DNA from: the human T2T-CHM13v2.0 reference genome, Homo sapiens
Length of the DNA: 64,000 nt
Assembly (NCBI RefSeq): GCF_009914755.1
Contig: NC_060940.1
Reading direction: 5' to 3' (one strand)
The position numbers and the translations under genes are program-made. Shown one piece after another: positions 1-13,925 of the stretch. Under the pieces are notes generated by a model. It had not been told where the DNA came from and did no database searches. It saw nothing but the letters and a program-made list of their open reading frames with translations. The number at the start of each line of letters is the position of its first letter. The stretch's first letter is position 1.

Positions 1-1440
1 GTTCTTTTCATTATGTACTTGTACCAAAACTCCACTCAAGACTGACTTTGCTCATGAGACAGCTTATATCAACCTGGATGCCTTAGGTATAATAGGAAGC
101 TTTTGTAGTATTTGGCTAATATTTTCTTATGTTTCCTTCTTAAATTTTTGGTGGGCATTCAAATTCTATAATTTTTTTTCAAAGCTCATTATTTTTTTAT
201 CAGTGTTCTTGGAAAAAGATCAACACGAGTCTAGGTCTAGTGATCCTATTTATCTTATTTAAGTCTAGCTAGCTTGTCTCAGTCTTTTCCTTTTCTTCAT
301 CTGAAAAATAAAGGCTTTAAAGAAGATGGTCCTCGGGGTACAATTATTTAACTCTAATAATTCTGAGATTTTTTATAAATTGCATCTCAAGTACACGTTT
401 TAACGTTTATAGATGGATTTTGACATTCTAAATGTATTTTAAAGAAAATTTGATATTTTAATTTGTTTTAGTAGTCCTGTTTTGTTAAACACACCTCCCT
501 GCCAGGAAACATACTAGCACTGTCTTTATACTTCCAGAGGTGATTCGGGGGATTTTGAGTGCATCATAATTGTTGACTGACTTGGAAGGTAAACTTAGAA
601 AACAGGCAGAGACTGTACAAAGCAAAAATATCAATCGCTGACCTTCTCAGTTCCATATGCTTTTGTCAGGATGTCTTTATTTCCAACCTAGACATAGTCG
701 ATAGCACAATTTCAAAGATGCACATTTTTTTGTCTCCATTCACATCTTTTGTTATGAAGGTGATATTCCACATAACCCATGGTACTGACTATCTGAAATC
801 CCTATCAAGGAAGAGGCTATAGAACCACAGTCCTAACTGCCCCTGTGTATTATCTGAAATCAATCCTATATTGTTCTACATCTCTGCTGGTCTCACAGTC
901 ACCACTAAATTATTCAATAATTTTCATTAAATGCTCACCTACTCCCATGCTCCTTTTAGACATACAAATAAAAAATCATAAATGCTAATGCATCTTTATT
1001 TTCATATTTTTTGTAGCTTGTTCACATGAAACCCAGAAGGCATAGTTTGGAGAATCCCTATATTCAAAAAAGATGGTGCCATGATATATTTCTAGCCCTA
1101 TGTGATCAGGTGAAGTTATGAAAATGATAGGGAATATGGTTGCCATAATCAAGGAATCAGATCTGTGAAGCAATTATTATAATTCAGTGTGAAAAATGCT
1201 ACAGCTAAAGTGCATGCATAGTATGGTGGAAGCATGCAGAAGAAACCCTTCACTTCTCTGGGGGATTTAGGAGGTCTTCACAGGTTACACTGTGATTTGT
1301 AACAGAAAGAATGAAAAGAGCTTTCTAGACAGACAAGACAGGTACGTGCATTTTAGGAAAATGAAGACAAAATCAAAGTCATTGTGGTATGACAGAAGAA
1401 GCCCGGCCAACTGTTAGCAAATTAATTTAAACAAAATGCG

Positions 1441-1598
1441 ACTGGGCGCAGTGGCTCATGCCTGTAATCTAAGGACTATGGAACTGCTTGAGCCCAGGAG
1501 TTTGAGACCAGCCTAGACAACATGACAAAACTTCGGCTATATTAAAATTACAAAAATTAGCTGGGGTTTGTGGCATGCTCCTGAAAAAAAAGCAAAAA
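1441..1598 (+). mobile_element. Truncated, old Alu (left arm plus start of right arm)
   Basis: GGGCGCAGTGGCTCATGCCTGTAAT...GCTTGAGCCCAGGAGTTTGAGACCAGCC...AAAAATTAGC, ending in an A-run. Confidence 0.85.
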
Positions 1599-2001
1599 TG
1601 AAATCCATGTGAGCACCTGGTAGCAGCAATGGGAGATGAGACTGCAGTCATAGACAAGAGACCATGTAATACAATTCCTATAGTTCCTAATACAGATTTT
1701 GAACTCTATTCCCTAAACATGGAATAAACCATGAAAGATTTGAAGCATCGATAGAACTCTTAGATTTGTGCCTTAGTGTTTATAGGCAAGTATGATTTCC
1801 ATTTTTTTCTACATGGACAAATAGATTTGAAATGATACTAAAGTTCTGATATTGTATTATTTTAACTCTATGTATCATGCTATTTTTTTCACACTTCAAG
1901 ATCCTAATTTGGTTTAGGAGTAGAGTCTAGCAGAGATCTATATTAAAAAGTTGACTTTCATGCATTTGTTACCTTCAGCATCCTGAAATATTAATGGACA
2001 C

Positions 2002-2549
2002 TGTGATGGTTAATATTGAGTGTCAACTTGATTGGATTGAAGGATGCAAAGTATTGTTCCTGGGTGTGTCTGCAATGGTGTTGCCAAAGGAGATTAACAT
2101 TTGAGTCAGAGGACTGGGAGAGGCAAACCCACCCTCAATGTGGGTGGGCACTGTGTAATCAGCTACCAGCATGGCTAGAAGAAAGCAGGCAAAAAAAGTT
2201 GGAAAGGGCAGACTTGCTGAGTCTTCCGGTCTCCATCTTTCTCCCGTGCTGGATGCTTCCTGCCCTCAAACATCAGACTTCAAGTTCTTCAGCTTTTGGA
2301 CTCTTGGACTTACACCAATCATTTGCCAGGGGTTCTTGGGCCTTCTGCCACAGACTGCAGTCTACACTGTCAGCTTCCCTACTTTTGAAGTTTTGGGACT
2401 CGGACTGGCTTTCTTGCTTCTCAACTTGCGGATGGCCTATTGTGGGACTTCACCTTCTAATTATGTGAGTCAATTATCCTAATAGACTCCCCTTCATGTG
2501 TACATATATCCTATTATTTCTGTCCCTTTAGAGAACCCTGATTAATACA
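2002..2549 (+). mobile_element. Solo ERVL LTR, MLT2A-type
   Basis: Starts TGTGATGGTTAATATTGAGTGTCAACTTGATTGGATTG, ends GAGAACCCTGATTAATACA; perfect 5-bp TSD GACAC (1997-2001 / 2550-2554). Confidence 0.9.
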
Positions 2550-2809
2550 GACACTGTCCTAGGGTATAACAGATTGTGAGGATAGAGTTTCCTACAATAT
2601 AGATGAGTAGGGCATGGGATAAGAATATCTGTGGCCATTGTGATCTTAACCAAAATCGAGGTATTTTTCATCATCTTGCCTTATTCCACATATAATATCA
2701 CAAATTTTCTAGAGTCTGATGGTAAATTGTTTTCATTAGAATTGAAATGTTTTTTCCCTCTGTTACAATTTTGGGCCGTACTTTCTAATTTGTCATGTTA
2801 GATGTCTAA

Positions 2810-3335
2810 TTAGTAATTCTTATGGCAAACCAACAAACTACTTACTGGTTTAATACTGTAACTGTTTCTTAGCTCACAGTCTGCAGGTCAACTGGGCAGT
2901 TATTTTGGCCTGAGCTGGTATACATTATTATCTGTGGAGCTCAATGCTCCCGACATATCAGTTGTCACCTGCGGATCAGCTCATACTGTTTTGTTTTGTT
3001 TTGTTTTGGTGCTGGCTGAGTGTCCTCACTTATTCAAAGCCTTGACTGGGAAAACTGGACTCTGATAAAAGTCTCTCATCGTCAACTCCAGAAAGTCTTG
3101 TTCTCATAGCACAGTGAGGATCGAACAGAACAAGTAGAAGTTTGCATGCCCTTGTGAGGTCGACTGGCATGATGTCACATCTGACTCATTCTTTTAGACA
3201 AATCAAGACATAGATATTCCACATTCAATTGGCGGATAAATAGGCATTCTTGATGGGAGAATGTGCAAACTCAAGTTGTAAAAGGGCTTGGGTACAGAAA
3301 TTGAAAGTCTGGCTATTTTTTGCAAACAGTCTATC
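2810..3335 (-). mobile_element. Degenerate old MaLR (MLT1-type) LTR remnant
   Basis: Motifs TTAGCTCACAGTCTGCAGGTCAACTGGGCAG, TGTCACATCTGACTCATTC and TTTTTGCAAACAGTCTATCA; loosely parallels the element at ~5970-6480; boundaries approximate. Confidence 0.45.
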
Positions 3336-4532
3336 AGAGAGACTTTTTTTTAAGGAGACAAATATATAGCTTTACATTTATTATGGGTATCTAGTCTAAC
3401 AAATTAGATTTATAGTCTTCCTTGATATATCACTTTTTTCTCAACTGATGGCAACAGCAATCATGTTTTGCAGACTCTGAGCACTTCATAAAGTTACACT
3501 GACTCTATTTCTGGCTCCCTGCAGGCGATGAGATAGACCCTGTTTTCTTCTTATAATTATAATGCAATTTACTGAGATTGTTTTCCATCCTAAACCTTCC
3601 CACTCTTTAAACATGGTCAGATGCCAATTAATTATCTTAATCTTTTCTATCCCTTTACATCAAACTGAGTTCTAAATTGACATCCTTTTTAGCTGGATGG
3701 TTGGAGCTATTCCCTCAGAAAATAAGGCTTGGGTTAATCTAAGTCATTTGAATGCTCTTTTCTCCAATAATCCAGATGGCTTTATTCTGTATTCCTCTGG
3801 TAAAATGGAGGTTTGCTTACTGGCCATGGAGGGACAGCAATATTAAGATCAACTCATTTTGAGTTTTATAGGTTTTATGTGATAATTATGTTCCTATCTA
3901 TTAGTGTTTCTAGCCAACCAGATCTGTCTCTCCAAAGTTATAAAGTCAGTTAACCAAAACACTGTGATCTATCATATTCATCTGGAGAACGTATCCTTTT
4001 ACCCATTATTTGTTCAAGTAAAGCTTTAAAGAGAGGCTTTCGCTGATGGCCTATAATTTGCTATGTATTTTGAGACCTATCTGTTATCACCCCAGAGAGA
4101 CACAATTTTATTAAGGAACCAACAAGAAATTTAGGTTTATATATGCAGCTTTTATATAAAAAGAAAGTAAAAACAAACAACATTTTCTTCCTTTCCTAGA
4201 TAAGGTACATTATGTTAGAATAATTTGTGATTCAAAGATTAAAGCCTAAAAATTTTTAAATTTGCAATCTCAGAAAACTAAACTTCAAAATAATCCATAA
4301 AATATTTAGCAACCTATCAGATAGTTCATTGGAACACATTTTTAGTCTCTTCTGTGGACGTTAGTGGGCATATGAGAGATACTATGGGTAATTTATGGGT
4401 AAATTCCCTAAGAATATTAGGGAATTTGGTTGTAGAATATTGATTTATACATTAATTCAATCAATATTCATTGAGAATACACTAAGCCCTAGGAATCAAG
4501 CCATGAGCAAAATGCATAAAATTCCTGCCCTC

Positions 4533-4831
4533 GGCTGGGTGTGGTGGCTCATGCCTGTAATTCTAGCACTGTGGGAGGCCGAGGCGGGCAGATCACGAGG
4601 TCAGGAGATCCAGACCATCTTCGCTAACACAGTGAAACCCCATCTCTACTGAAAATACAAAAATTAACCGGGCGTGGTGGTGGGCACCTGTAGTCCCAGC
4701 TACTCGGGAGGCTGAGGCAGGGAAATGGCATGAACCCAGGGAGGCGGACCTTGCAGTGAGCTGAGATCACGCCACTGCACTCCAGTCTGGGCTACAGAGC
4801 GAGACTCCCTCACAAAAAAAAAAAAAAAAAA
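4533..4831 (+). mobile_element. Alu (AluY/Sc-like), full length
   Basis: GGCTGGGTGTGGTGGCTCATG...GATCACGAGGTCAGGAGATC...GGCATGAACCC...poly(A); outer TSD AAAA(T)TCCTGCCCT at ~4518-4531 and ~5588-5600. Confidence 0.95.
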
Positions 4832-5435
4832 GGTCTCCCATTATTATTGTGTGGGAGTCTAAGTCTCTTTGTAGGTCACTCAGGACTTGCTTTGTGAATC
4901 TGGGTGCTCCTGTATTGGGTGCATATATATTTAGGATAGTTAGCTCTTCTTGTTGAATTGATCCCTTTACCATTATGTAATGGCCTTCTTTGTCTCTTTT
5001 GATCTTTGTTGGTTTAAAGTTTGTTTTATCAGAGACTAGGATTGCAACCCCTGCCTTTTTTGTTTTCCATTTGCTTGGTAGATCTTCCTCCATCCTTTTA
5101 TTTTGAGCCTATGTGTGTCTCTGCACGTGAGATGGGTTTCCTGAATACAGCACACTGATGGGTCTTGACTCTTTATCCAATTTGCCAGTCTGTGTCTTTT
5201 AATTGGAGCATTTAGTCCATTTACATTTAAAGTTAATATTGTTATGTGTGAATTTGATCCCGTCATTATGATGTTAGCTGGTTATTTTGCTTGTTAGTTG
5301 ATGCAGTTTCTTCTTAGCCTCGATGGTCTTTACAATTTGGCATGATTTTGCAGCGGCTGGTACTGGTTGTTCCTTTCCATGTTTAGTGCTTCCTTCAGGA
5401 GCTCTTTTAGGGCAGGCCTGGTGGTGACAAAATCT
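4832..5435 (-). mobile_element. Inverted L1PA segment (ORF1 end, inter-ORF spacer, ORF2 endonuclease N-terminus)
   Basis: Minus-strand ORFs [27 protein letters not shown]... and [11 protein letters not shown]...IYAPNTGAP...IMGD; corresponds to L1-A 27712-28315. Confidence 0.95.
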
Positions 5436-5591
5436 GGGGGGAGGGGGGAGGGATAGCTTTAGGAGATATACCTAATGCTAAATGACGAGTTAATGGGTGC
5501 AGCACACCAGCATGGCACATGTATACATATGTAACTAACCTGCACATTGTGCACATGTACCCTAAAACTTAACGTATAATAAAAAAAAAAA
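5436..5591 (+). mobile_element. L1PA3-like 3'UTR terminus with poly(A)
   Basis: G-tract, TAATGCTAAATGACGAGTTAATGGGTGCAGCACACCAGC, TACCCTAAAACTT...AATAAAAAAA. Confidence 0.93.
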
Positions 5592-5969
5592 TCCTGCCCT
5601 GAGAAAGCTTAACTTTTAGTAGTGATTTAAGAGAGGCAGAAAAACAAACAAATACATAAACTCAAGTGATGGTAAGTGCTATAGAATGAATGAAACAGGG
5701 CAAGAATAATTGTTTTTATATTGTCTTAGATAAGGTGGCCTTGAAAGGCTCATTTTAAAATTGACAATTGACCAGAAATCTAAAAGAAGTGAGGAAACAA
5801 GTCATGTAACCATTTGGAGAAGTTTTATATAATATTTAACTCTAGATATGGCTCTAAGTTCTCAATATATCTCAGGCAGTGGGGCAGAAACTTAAACATA
5901 CTTGAATTCCTGATCGCAAACCAACCCATTGTTTCACTTTGGTAGATTATCAACATCTCCATATATCTC

Positions 5970-6480
5970 TGCCTCAGTTAGCTGTTAGCTGTAAAATAAA
6001 ACACCCACCCTTTCTGGGTTAAAACAATGACTATATATTTAACCTAACAAGTCAGTGGGTTGATAATTCATGCTGGACTCTGATGCACAGCCCTTCTGGT
6101 GTCAGCAGGGTACTGAGCATTAGCTGTGGGTCAAATAAGTGGCTTTGTTGACCTTGGCTGGACTCAGATCTGTGGGTACTCAGCCTAGGACAGCTGAGCT
6201 CTCATCATCTAGCAGGGAAGCCAGACTTGTTTAAATGTCAGAGGCAAGGACTCCAGAGAGAGAATAGAAGCAGGCAAGGGCATTTGAGACTCAGAACTTT
6301 TCACAGTGTCACTTCCATTGATTCTGTTGACAAAAGAAGTCTTAAGTTGAGCCCAACTTTTAGAGGCGGGGAAACGAACATTTCTTTTGGGGAAACAAAT
6401 TGCCAGGTTATACAGCAAAAACAAGTGGTTACAGGGAAGAAAATAGTTGGACCCATTTTTTTTCAAACAATCTGCTACAA
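5970..6480 (-). mobile_element. Degenerate old MaLR (MLT1-type) LTR remnant
   Basis: TCAGTTAGCTGTTAGCTGTAAAATAAAACACCC...AAAACAATGAC...GTGTCACTTCCATTGATTCTGTTGACAAAAGAAGTC...CAAACAATCTGCTACA. Confidence 0.5.
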
Positions 6481-7209
6481 CTTTACTTTGCTTGCTGTTT
6501 TATTAGTTTATTTAAATAGGAATAGCAATGTCTGCTTCAGAGTTCTAACTAAAATCATGTAATGCAAATAATTAGTTCATAAATTTTTCTCAAAAGCAAA
6601 ATTAAAGTGAGAGTTCATTTGTCTACTTTCAGATATTGTTTTAGAAAGTTACTTTGGTAAATGTCTGGAATTCTCTTAAGTGAGAAAAGGTTATGCAATT
6701 ACAGCTAAAAATATAACCTCATTGAGTTACAAAAGTAATGATATATTTACAAAAGTTTTTCAAACATATTTATTTAAATAGATATAGGAGATTAATACTA
6801 CCAAAGTTTATCATGTAGAAGAAAAACAAATAATCTATTAACTTCTTATATTAATATCTCAATACCATAGAAATAATTGCTAATATTTATTAATTTTAAT
6901 ATAATTCAACAGCTATTTATTGAGTGCTTCTAATATTGAAGAAACTGGAGATAAATTTTTGAGCAAACAGATTTAGCTCAGTGTATATGAATTTGACAGT
7001 TTGGTTTTTAATGTAACACTTGGTTTATTATGCTTTCTGATGAATATTACTTAAATTAATACTCAGAGTAGCCATGTAAAATATAAGGATTAATATTTCC
7101 ATTAAAAAGGTGAGGAAATTGAGGCTTTGAGAGGTGATCTAACACACTTCATCCTCTTCTGTTTTAACCAATATTGCCTCTTAAAAGCTGGCAAAGCTGT
7201 TGAATGGGA

Positions 7210-7385
7210 ATATATATATATTTTGAATATTTATATATATTTTGAATATATATATTTGAATATATATAGTAAGTATAAATATATACACACATATATAGTA
7301 TGAATATATGTACTATGTATATATGTATATGTGGTATGTATATGTGTATGTGTTTTATATGTACATAAACATTTATACGTGTATA
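7210..7385. repeat. (TA)n / TATG low-complexity tract
   Basis: Direct inspection. Confidence 0.9.
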
Positions 7386-7769
7386 GCTATTTGTGAATTA
7401 AGCTCACAGTTTTTCCTATCCCTTCACCTGGTACTAGATAATATCGTAAAAGGCCATCAGTGTGAACTTAGAAAAGGGTAATGGTGTTGAGTGACATGAG
7501 GATCTAGGCTATCTTTTTGTACATCTCACTTATTGCCACTGGAGCCATTCGAGGCCAGTTGCAGATTTATCCCTTCCATCTCACAGACTGCTTCTGGGTC
7601 CACATTATTATCTAGTGGTTCTGTTGCACTCAACTCAGGATGGGAAGCTCTGGCTGCATGCGCTCTTGATGTCTCCTGGCCAGGCTCTTACTTTATACCT
7701 GGCAATGTTTTTGAATGGTATATAGTTTTCTGCTGCAAATGGCATGGTCTTACTCTAAATCTTAGGTTT

Positions 7770-8189
7770 TGTTATGGACTGAATTGTCTTCCCTAAAATT
7801 AACATATTGAGATGCTCACCCCCAGTGTGACTGTATCTGGAAATACGGCCTTTAGGGAGGTATTTAAGGTTAAATGATTTGATAAGTATGGGGTCCTAAT
7901 CCAATACTACTGGTGCCCTTACAATAAGAGGAAAAGACAAAAGGTCTCTTTCTCTCTTTCTCTCTCTGTCTCTCTCTCTATCTATCACTGCACAAACAAA
8001 GAAATAAGGTCACATGCGGACATAAAATGAGGGTGGTCATTTATATTCTGGGAGAAAAGGCCTCACCAGAAAACAGCCCTGACAGCACCTTGATCTTAGA
8101 CTTCCAGTCTCCAAACTGTCAGAAAATAAATTTCTGTTAAGTCTTCCAGTGTAGAATATTTGTTATGGCAACCTGACAAGACTCATACA
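7770..8189 (+). mobile_element. MaLR LTR, MLT1A-type
   Basis: TGTTATGGACTGAATTGT...CCCCCAGTGTGACTGTATCTGGA...CACCTTGATCTTAGACTTCCAG...AATAAATTTCTGTT...TGTTATGGCA...GACTCATACA; internal (TC)n. Confidence 0.85.
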
Positions 8190-8249
8190 GATGTATTCCA
8201 TGTAACTTACCTATTAAGGTCTGCCAAGGAGTACTCACAGTGTCTTTTC

Positions 8250-9300
8250 CAAACATAAACACAACCCAGAAGTATTGGACTTTATAAATTAGCAGAATGA
8301 CCTCTAGAAGACACAGCTGAGGTACAATATTAGAGAAGTTATCCTGTGAGAATAGATGCTATCCTTCACAGTACAATATATATCTTATATCAATGGCCAC
8401 AGTATGGTACAGTATATGCCCACTGGTTTGAATATATAGGCCTGTGAACCAAGAAGGGGAAGAAGAAAAGACCCTGCTCACTATCACTTCCAGTGACCCA
8501 GTTTCTTAACTTGCTCTTCTTGTCCTGACAACTTTAGGTTCTGTGGGTCTAGAAGTCCTGGTTTCCAGAGATGACACAGAGTTCCACCAAACTTCAAGTT
8601 GTGATAATCACCCGATCACATTGAACTACCCAGCCAGCAAACCTGAATGCAAGGAAAGTAGTTACCAAATTGGTGGGTGTAAATGGTCTTGATAACCAGG
8701 AAGAGGTGGAACTGCAGATATATTATAGCAGGACCAACTGTAGCAGCAGAGACTCAATTTACCCAGAAATTGTAACTAACTGTCCATAAGCTTGGAGAAG
8801 CTGTGGTGGAAAGCAAGGAACTGAATATGATAAGCAAGTAGATCTAAGAAATGTAAGGAATGAATTATGGTAGATAACTCAGGAGACCTGCCTAGATGTC
8901 CTTTACTGTCCAAGTGCACCTGTCCCTCATTTCTGTGCATAACAGCTGCATTAGCTAATGGCCGTACTCTTCTCTGGAGAGCTGCCTTGAATGATCAAAG
9001 CCTCCTAGCCCTGGAAGTCATGTCCCACTCCCAGGAGCAGGCTGTATTCAATTGCTAACTGATATGGAGAACTCATGGTTAGACAATGACATGGTACTAT
9101 TCATTAGTTTCCCATTAGATTATTGACTTTTTCTTAGAGGTGAGACTTCAGCTGAACTTATATCTTTGCTTAGCTTCTTCCCTGTCCTGTTCTGTGTTCT
9201 CTACCGTCTATGAGTAACTCCTGAGAGCGTTCCTTAAATAAATCACGTATATGAGAATCCCTATCTTAGGCTCTGCTTCTGGATAACCTGACCTAAAATA
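8250..9300 (+). mobile_element. Old ERVL internal remnant followed by an LTR16-like 3' LTR (~8865-9300)
   Basis: 3' end AATAAATCACGTATATGAGAATCCCTATCTTAGGCTCTGCTTCTGGATAACCTGACCTAAAATA resembles the LTR16 terminus; upstream ACTATCACTTCCAGTGACCCA...GGGTCTAGAAGTCCTGGTT resembles ERVL internal 3' sequence (from recall). Confidence 0.5.
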
Positions 9301-9917
9301 GGTTGCAAGAATATATGTAAAAGCATCACTGCCAGGTAGAATTTTAACGCGTTTGCATAAGGAACCCTTTGCATTAGATTTTTGATGGTATTTTGTGTGT
9401 TAGGAATAGGATGAATTAAAAGTGGTACTACTTTACACACATTACGAGAATTTAAAGAAATATGTGAATAAAAATAATACAAGCTTGGGTTAAAAATGCT
9501 CCCTTCTGAATCAGTTTAAAAATCATCACAGAATTATCCTTCTTTAGAGGATTCAAACTTGTAGAACTGGCTGTTGCAAATCTTTCTACTTTTGCATGTG
9601 AATATATGGATTCACATATATTCACTTTATGAGAGGCAGTAAATATATTCAAATTTGGACATATAGTTAATCAAATTCAACTGGACTGCTATTCAGCTGA
9701 ATATACTGCTATACTGAATCCTCAGGGCATTGGGGCTGCTCTGCAATGTCTCAAACCAAATCCTATTTCTCTATGTCATGTTGTAAACTATTAAGTTTTA
9801 CATTAAAAACATCTGTGGTTGAAAGAGCATCTAAAATGTGCAAGATGTGCTTTATTTATTGTTTTTCAGTGACTTCTGATAATACTCCTGAATTTTTAAG
9901 ATGAGGGAATGAAGTAG

Positions 9918-10376
<459 letters not shown>

Positions 10377-11121
10377 TAGATTGAGTGTTTCTCTGGTGTC
10401 TAGCTTTGGCAGAAAGGGTTGGATTACTATTATTTTCTGTTTTTCTGCTTTGGCTCTCACTGTTTGGAATTTCTTTTTCCTCTCAGCTATTACTTTTGAA
10501 TAATAATATCTATAAAAATAGTAGCATCATCTGTGTAAACTATTGTTAAGTCACAGTCCTGAGCAAAGTCTGTTGCATTCATTGTCTCATGCAATCCTTA
10601 CAACCCTTGCTGTAACTGCTTACAAATGAGAACTTTGCCTGTTGAAGAGTTTAGGCTAATTGCTGAGGTAACAGATAGTGTGTCAGTGAGATTTGATCCT
10701 TAGCAATTGACATCAGAGTATTCCCTTTTAAACCGGATGGAATTTATTGCAGCTGTGCAAAATAATGTTCTCCCCAGAAACAGCACAATTTGCAATAGTT
10801 TAGTTTGCTTCTCCTTGGTTATTTCTGAAGTAGCTCAAAAATAACTCATAGCTTGTAGTCCTTATAAATGTCACCAACTGCAAAGATTTTCCTTTGGATT
10901 TTGTCCCTTTATTCCTTTTAATTATGCTCAATATCTTGTGGATCCATTTCTTTCTTATGCACTTTTTCTAATTATTCCAACTCTCTAATATTTTTAGAAT
11001 CTAAGATGTATCATGTAATGCGATAGATGCTGAGGATAGGAGCATGAATAAATATTTCTCTTGCCCTCAAAGAGTGCAAATTCTGGTTTAATTGATCATT
11101 TGTTTTTTACATGTGCCTTTT

Positions 11122-11910
11122 CTTTTTTTAATTTTACTTTTTATGGATACCTAATAATCGTACATATTTATGGGGTACATATGAAATTTTGATACAAGCA
11201 TACAATGTGTGATGATGAAATGAAGGTAACTGGGATATCCACTACCTCAGGCATTTATCATATATTTGTGTTAGGAATATTTCAAATTCACTCTTCAAGT
11301 TATTTTGAAATATACGATAAATTATTGATGAGTATAGTCACCTTATTATGCTACCAAACACTGTATCTTATTTTTTCTATATAACTGTATTTTTATAACC
11401 ATTAACTAACCACTCTTAATCACCCACTCTTACTTACCTTTCTCAGATTCTGGTAACCATCATTCTACTCCTTACCTCTATGAGATCAGTTTTTTTTTAG
11501 CTCTCACATATAAGTGAGAACACGCAATATTTGTCTTTGTGTGCCTGGTATTTCACTTAAACTAATGACCTCCAGTTCCATTCATGTTTTTGCAAATGAT
11601 ATGATTCTATTCTTCGTATGGCTAAATAACATTCCATTGTATGTAGGTACCACATTTTCTTATTCATTCATCTGTTGATGTACACTGGGGTTAATTCCAC
11701 ATATTGGCTATTGTAAATAGTGCTGCTGTAAACATGGGAGTGAAGACACCTCTCTGATATGCTGATTTATGTGCTTTTGGATATATACAGAGCAGTGGAA
11801 TTTAATTTTTAGTTTTTTGAGGAACCTTCATATTGTTCTCCATAGTAGCTGTACTAATTTACATTTCCACCAGCAGTGTAGTAGGATTCTTCTTTCTACA
11901 TATTGTCCTC
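11122..11910 (-). mobile_element. L1MA-type 3' end fragment
   Basis: TACATATTTATGGGGTACAT...ATACAATGTGT...CCACATTTTCTTATTCATTCATCTGTTGATG...TGTACTAATTTACATTTCCACCAGCAGTGTA. Confidence 0.85.
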
Positions 11911-12327
11911 GTCCACTTATGATCAGAATCATACTTTAATTTTGCCACATGACAGAGTAAGATAGGCTTAATTGCCACAGGTTTTGTATCAGATGATGTT
12001 ACAGGAATCTTCTTGAATTTGTATTACTTATAGTAAACAGAGTTAACAATTTTCATAGGCCAACTACCTCAAAATTTTCAGTGTTGAAGAGAACAAAACT
12101 AGCTTACAATCAGGTTTCTGAAAAATGGATGTGACCTGTTTTCATCTTCCTTCCCCGATTCCTCGTCCAAACACTCTATGTTCAGAACAAGCAGTTTCAT
12201 TTGTCATTAGTCATGTGTACTGTTGGTTTGTCTTTTTCTATGCTTCTCCTCAAATATTTTCTATACTTAAAAAAGCTCAGTCCATTCCTATCTAAACAGA
12301 CAGTTTTCAGTTATATGCCTCAGTAGT

Positions 12328-12431
12328 TGTGTGTGTATATAGATATATATACACACATCATATATATGTATATGATACATGTATATATGACATATATGTA
12401 ATATAGTTTACATATGAGATATGTAAATATA

Positions 12432-12462
<31 letters not shown>
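12328..12462. repeat. (TG)n/(TA)n compound microsatellite
   Basis: Direct inspection. Confidence 0.9.
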
Positions 12463-12463
<1 letters not shown>

Positions 12464-13827
12464 AAATCAGTGAAGCAATGGAAAGAAGGAAGAATTAGAG
12501 ATAATGACAAGAGTATATAGGTTGAGGGCATTTGTGTGTTTGTGTGTAAACTTCAAACAACACAATTTATTTCTTTGTACAATCCAGCACTTTTTCTGCT
12601 TCATGTTGTGGCAGAAGGGGTACTGGGTAAACAGAAGGTACAAAAGGGTCTCAATCATATGGCTGGCAGCTGGAATTGATCACCACATCCTTAGTTCTCT
12701 TTCATGGGTGCCTCACCACATGGCTACTTGGGCTTCCTCATGGGATGGCAGTCTCACGCTAGGCAAACTTCTTACTTGGGAGGTGTCTTTCTCCAGAATG
12801 CAGAAGTAGACACTACCAAGCTATCTTAAAATTTAGTTCAAAAGTTCCACCGTATTCTATTAGTTGAAACAGGCCATAGTTAAAGTAAGCCAAAGTCAAG
12901 ATAGCTTATGGTTAAATTGCCCGGGTTTTAAGGGGACTTCAGATGAACATGCAGTATACTGGGGGCCATCAATGTAAAAATCTATTACTTCAAATAACTC
13001 CTCCAAACCAGTAGGCAAGTAGTACTTCTGGGATTATAACCCAGGTCTATCCATTTTCTTTCAAGAAGGACTTGATATCTTCAGGCATGAAGCATGACCT
13101 CCCCATCACCAAATAACTTGACTAAAAACAACTATTACCCAGCAGACGCCAGATAGTTGTACTCTTTACCCTAAGAGTTGAAGAACACAGGCACAGTCAT
13201 CTTTGCAGAGAGCACCTCTTTGACCTTCATGGTTGCATCAGAGAATGAAGAGCCCCCTAAATAAGTAAGAAAATAACCAGTGACATAGAATACACTTTTG
13301 ATGGCAACTGGGAAAAAATTATTAAAAACAGTTATCATCATCTGGGAGGACATTTTAAACAGGGTGATCAGGGATAGCTCTCTGATCACATTTGAACAGA
13401 TACTGGGAGGAATTTGCAGCCGCTATGCAAAGTAATGCTCCCCTTGCGAAGAAATAGTACAAGCATCACCCTTCAGAAACCTGTCTGACAGAGGCTCCTA
13501 GAACAGAGTCAATGACAATTACCTTGCTGTCTCTGCCATCTCCTTGTTTTGCACCATTCACTGCATGCCTGCACCACAATACCATTTAATACCATTATTT
13601 TGATGGAGATCTATATATTGAGAAAAGGCAAAACTAAAATTGCCTTTAATGTTGTGCTCTCTGGAACAGACAAGACATTTGGAATTTGTAGCTGCAGACA
13701 GATGTGTGTGGATGTTCTGTCCTGTGTGTTACTCTTTAAAGTAAATAAAGAGGGCCATATCCCAAGACTTGAAAGTGTTCTTCCTCTTTCAGTATTTTGC
13801 TCAAATCTCATTTTAGTTCCTCTTTTT

Positions 13828-13925
13828 CTATATCTTGAAAATAAAACATTTAATTATGTCCTCTATCTTGAAAATAACAAATTTAACAAATTCTATATCT
13901 TGAAAATAACAAATTTAATTATTTT
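13828..13925. repeat. Three-copy ~31-34 bp tandem repeat, core TATCTTGAAAATAA(C)AAATTTAA
   Basis: TATCTTGAAAATAA recurs three times at ~13831, ~13864 and ~13896. Confidence 0.85.

Noticed and set aside
2016-2482. Overlapping 150-aa and 103-aa ORFs
   Set aside because: Chance frames within the MLT2A solo LTR.
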